Source: Octopus bimaculoides (taxonomy: Eukaryota). Taken from it: 64,000 nt of DNA. Of the stretch, positions 62,407 to 64,000 are shown piece by piece. The stretch's first letter is position 1. Each line of letters starts with the position of its first letter. A program made the position numbers and the translations under genes. The notes under the pieces were generated by a model. That model was not told the DNA's origin. It made no database searches and saw only the letters and a list, made by a program, of their open reading frames with translations. The stretch spans positions 10,693,861 to 10,757,860 of the forward strand of contig NC_068993.1 of the NCBI RefSeq assembly GCF_001194135.2. The letters run 5' to 3'.

Positions 62407-64000
62407 TAAAAATTTCTTCTTTTTGTCTAACCTTTATTTTAAGTTCCTTCAGTAAGGGGGGGATTCCAGAGGGGGTAGTTTTCTTTTGCCTTTTTGTGTG
62501 TTTTTTCTTTCTTTATCTTTTCTAAGTACCCCACACTGACAAGAATTATAACAACAGCAGCCGAATTAGAGGCAGCAGCAGTGTGCTGTAAGACGAAGAA
62601 ATCAGCACCAACGACCCCCACCACGGCGACGACGAAGATGACTGAATGCCAGCACTTCTAATACCAGAGAGCAGCAGACTCCTTCCTTTCTTTCAACTTG
62701 CCTGCTCCACCCACTTAACTTATAATAAAAACTTTTCCTATATTAAGACTACCTTAACTAGCTTGCACTCATAATAATCCTTTCTTTCTTTCTTTCTTTA
62801 CCTCCGCTACCTTCCATTACATTCTTAGTCTTTCTCTTCCCCACCACCACCACCACCATCATCTTTTTCTCTTTACTCCTTGGTTGATTTCTTATTTGTT
62901 TTCGTTCTCTTTCTCTCCTTTCCTGTTTGCTTTACTTTTTCTCTTTAGCATACTCATACACAACACACTCTCTCTGTTTCTCTGCCATTTTTATCTCTCT
63001 ACCCTCCTCCCTCAACCTTTACACACACACACACATTCATGTACAAACACACACACACACGTATGTATATATATGTTCTATGTGGCTTGCTTCTTTGCTG
63101 TACCTTGTTTATCATTTTGTCCATGTTTTTTTTGCCACATCATGTACCCAGTTTTGTATCTATATGTACATGTAGATGAAGGCATGTACATATATATGCA
63201 TATACTCATATATTGTTNNNNNNNNNNNNNNNNNNNNNNNNNNNNNNNNNNNNNNNNNNNNNNNNNNNNNNNNNNNNNNNNNNNNNNNNNNNNNNNNNNN
63301 NNNNNNNNNNNNNNNNNNNNNNNNNNNNNNNNNNNNNNNNNNNNNNNNNNNNNNNNNNNNNNNNNNNNNNNNNNNNNNNNNNNNNNNNNNNNNNNNNNNN
63401 NNNNNNNNNNNNNNNNNNNNNNNNNNNNNNNNNNNNNNNNNNNNNNNNNNNNNNNNNNNNNNNNNNNNNNNNNNNNNNNNNNNNNNNNNNNNNNNNNNNN
63501 NNNNNNNNNNNNNNNNNNNNNNNNNNNNNNNNNNNNNNNNNNNNNNNNNNNNNNNNNNNNNNNNNNNNNNNNNNNNNNNNNNNNNNNNNNNNNNNNNNNN
63601 NNNNNNNNNNNNNNNNNNNNNNNNNNNNNNNNNNNNNNNNNNNNNNNNNNNGTCTCTTCTCTAATCTTACCAACCACGACCACCACCACCACACATTCAT
63701 ACAGTCTTTTCTTTTGATTTGCGTCTCTTTCCCAATCTTCCTTCCTTCCCCCCTCTCTCTCTCTCTCTCTTTCTGTTTTATTCCTCATACTCTCCTCTTC
63801 ACCTCATACTATCACCTCTGTTCTTTTTACCCCTCTTTCTCTTCATAAAACTCTTCCCTTTCTGTCTGTCTGTCTCTCTCTCTTTCTCTCCTTATTAACT
63901 TGTGTCTTTCTCCCCCCCCTTTTAACTTCTGTCTATGTATGCCTCTCTCTCTCTCTCTATTCATTCCTTTATCTAACACCTCACATCCCTCCAAGTCACC

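Overview
AT-rich, microsatellite-dense eukaryotic DNA from a fragmented assembly: about 18 N-gaps total roughly 6.4 kb, and most open or close in (TA)n, (CA)n or (CAT)n. The repeat landscape looks like a cephalopod, most likely Octopus; this is my inference from pattern recognition, not a database result. Only one convincing coding segment is present: a 1,247-nt minus-strand exon (13977-12731) with a canonical acceptor, a short 5' UTR containing an in-frame stop, an ATG at 13888, 386 codons of Pro/Ala/Glu/Val-rich disordered protein, and a phase-0 CAG|GTAAG donor. No downstream exon was found and the gene cannot be named. The rest is intron/intergenic DNA filled with several tRNA-headed SINE families, a (GAT)n-tailed retroposon family, small DNA-transposon derivatives (piggyBac-, mariner-, hAT-, Tigger- and Merlin-like), mini- and microsatellites. 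The most striking unexplained signal is about nine sites carrying minimal type I hammerhead ribozyme motifs (CUGANGA / stem II / GAAA / short palindromic stem III / UH / stem I), on both strands, several next to (TA)n tracts, ranging from an intact catalytic core (4292-4334) to CpG-decayed relics. They resemble the hammerheads of Penelope-like retroelements and non-LTR retrozymes. Almost all other ORFs in the supplied track are microsatellite or N-gap artefacts. No CRISPR, rRNA or intact tRNA gene was seen.
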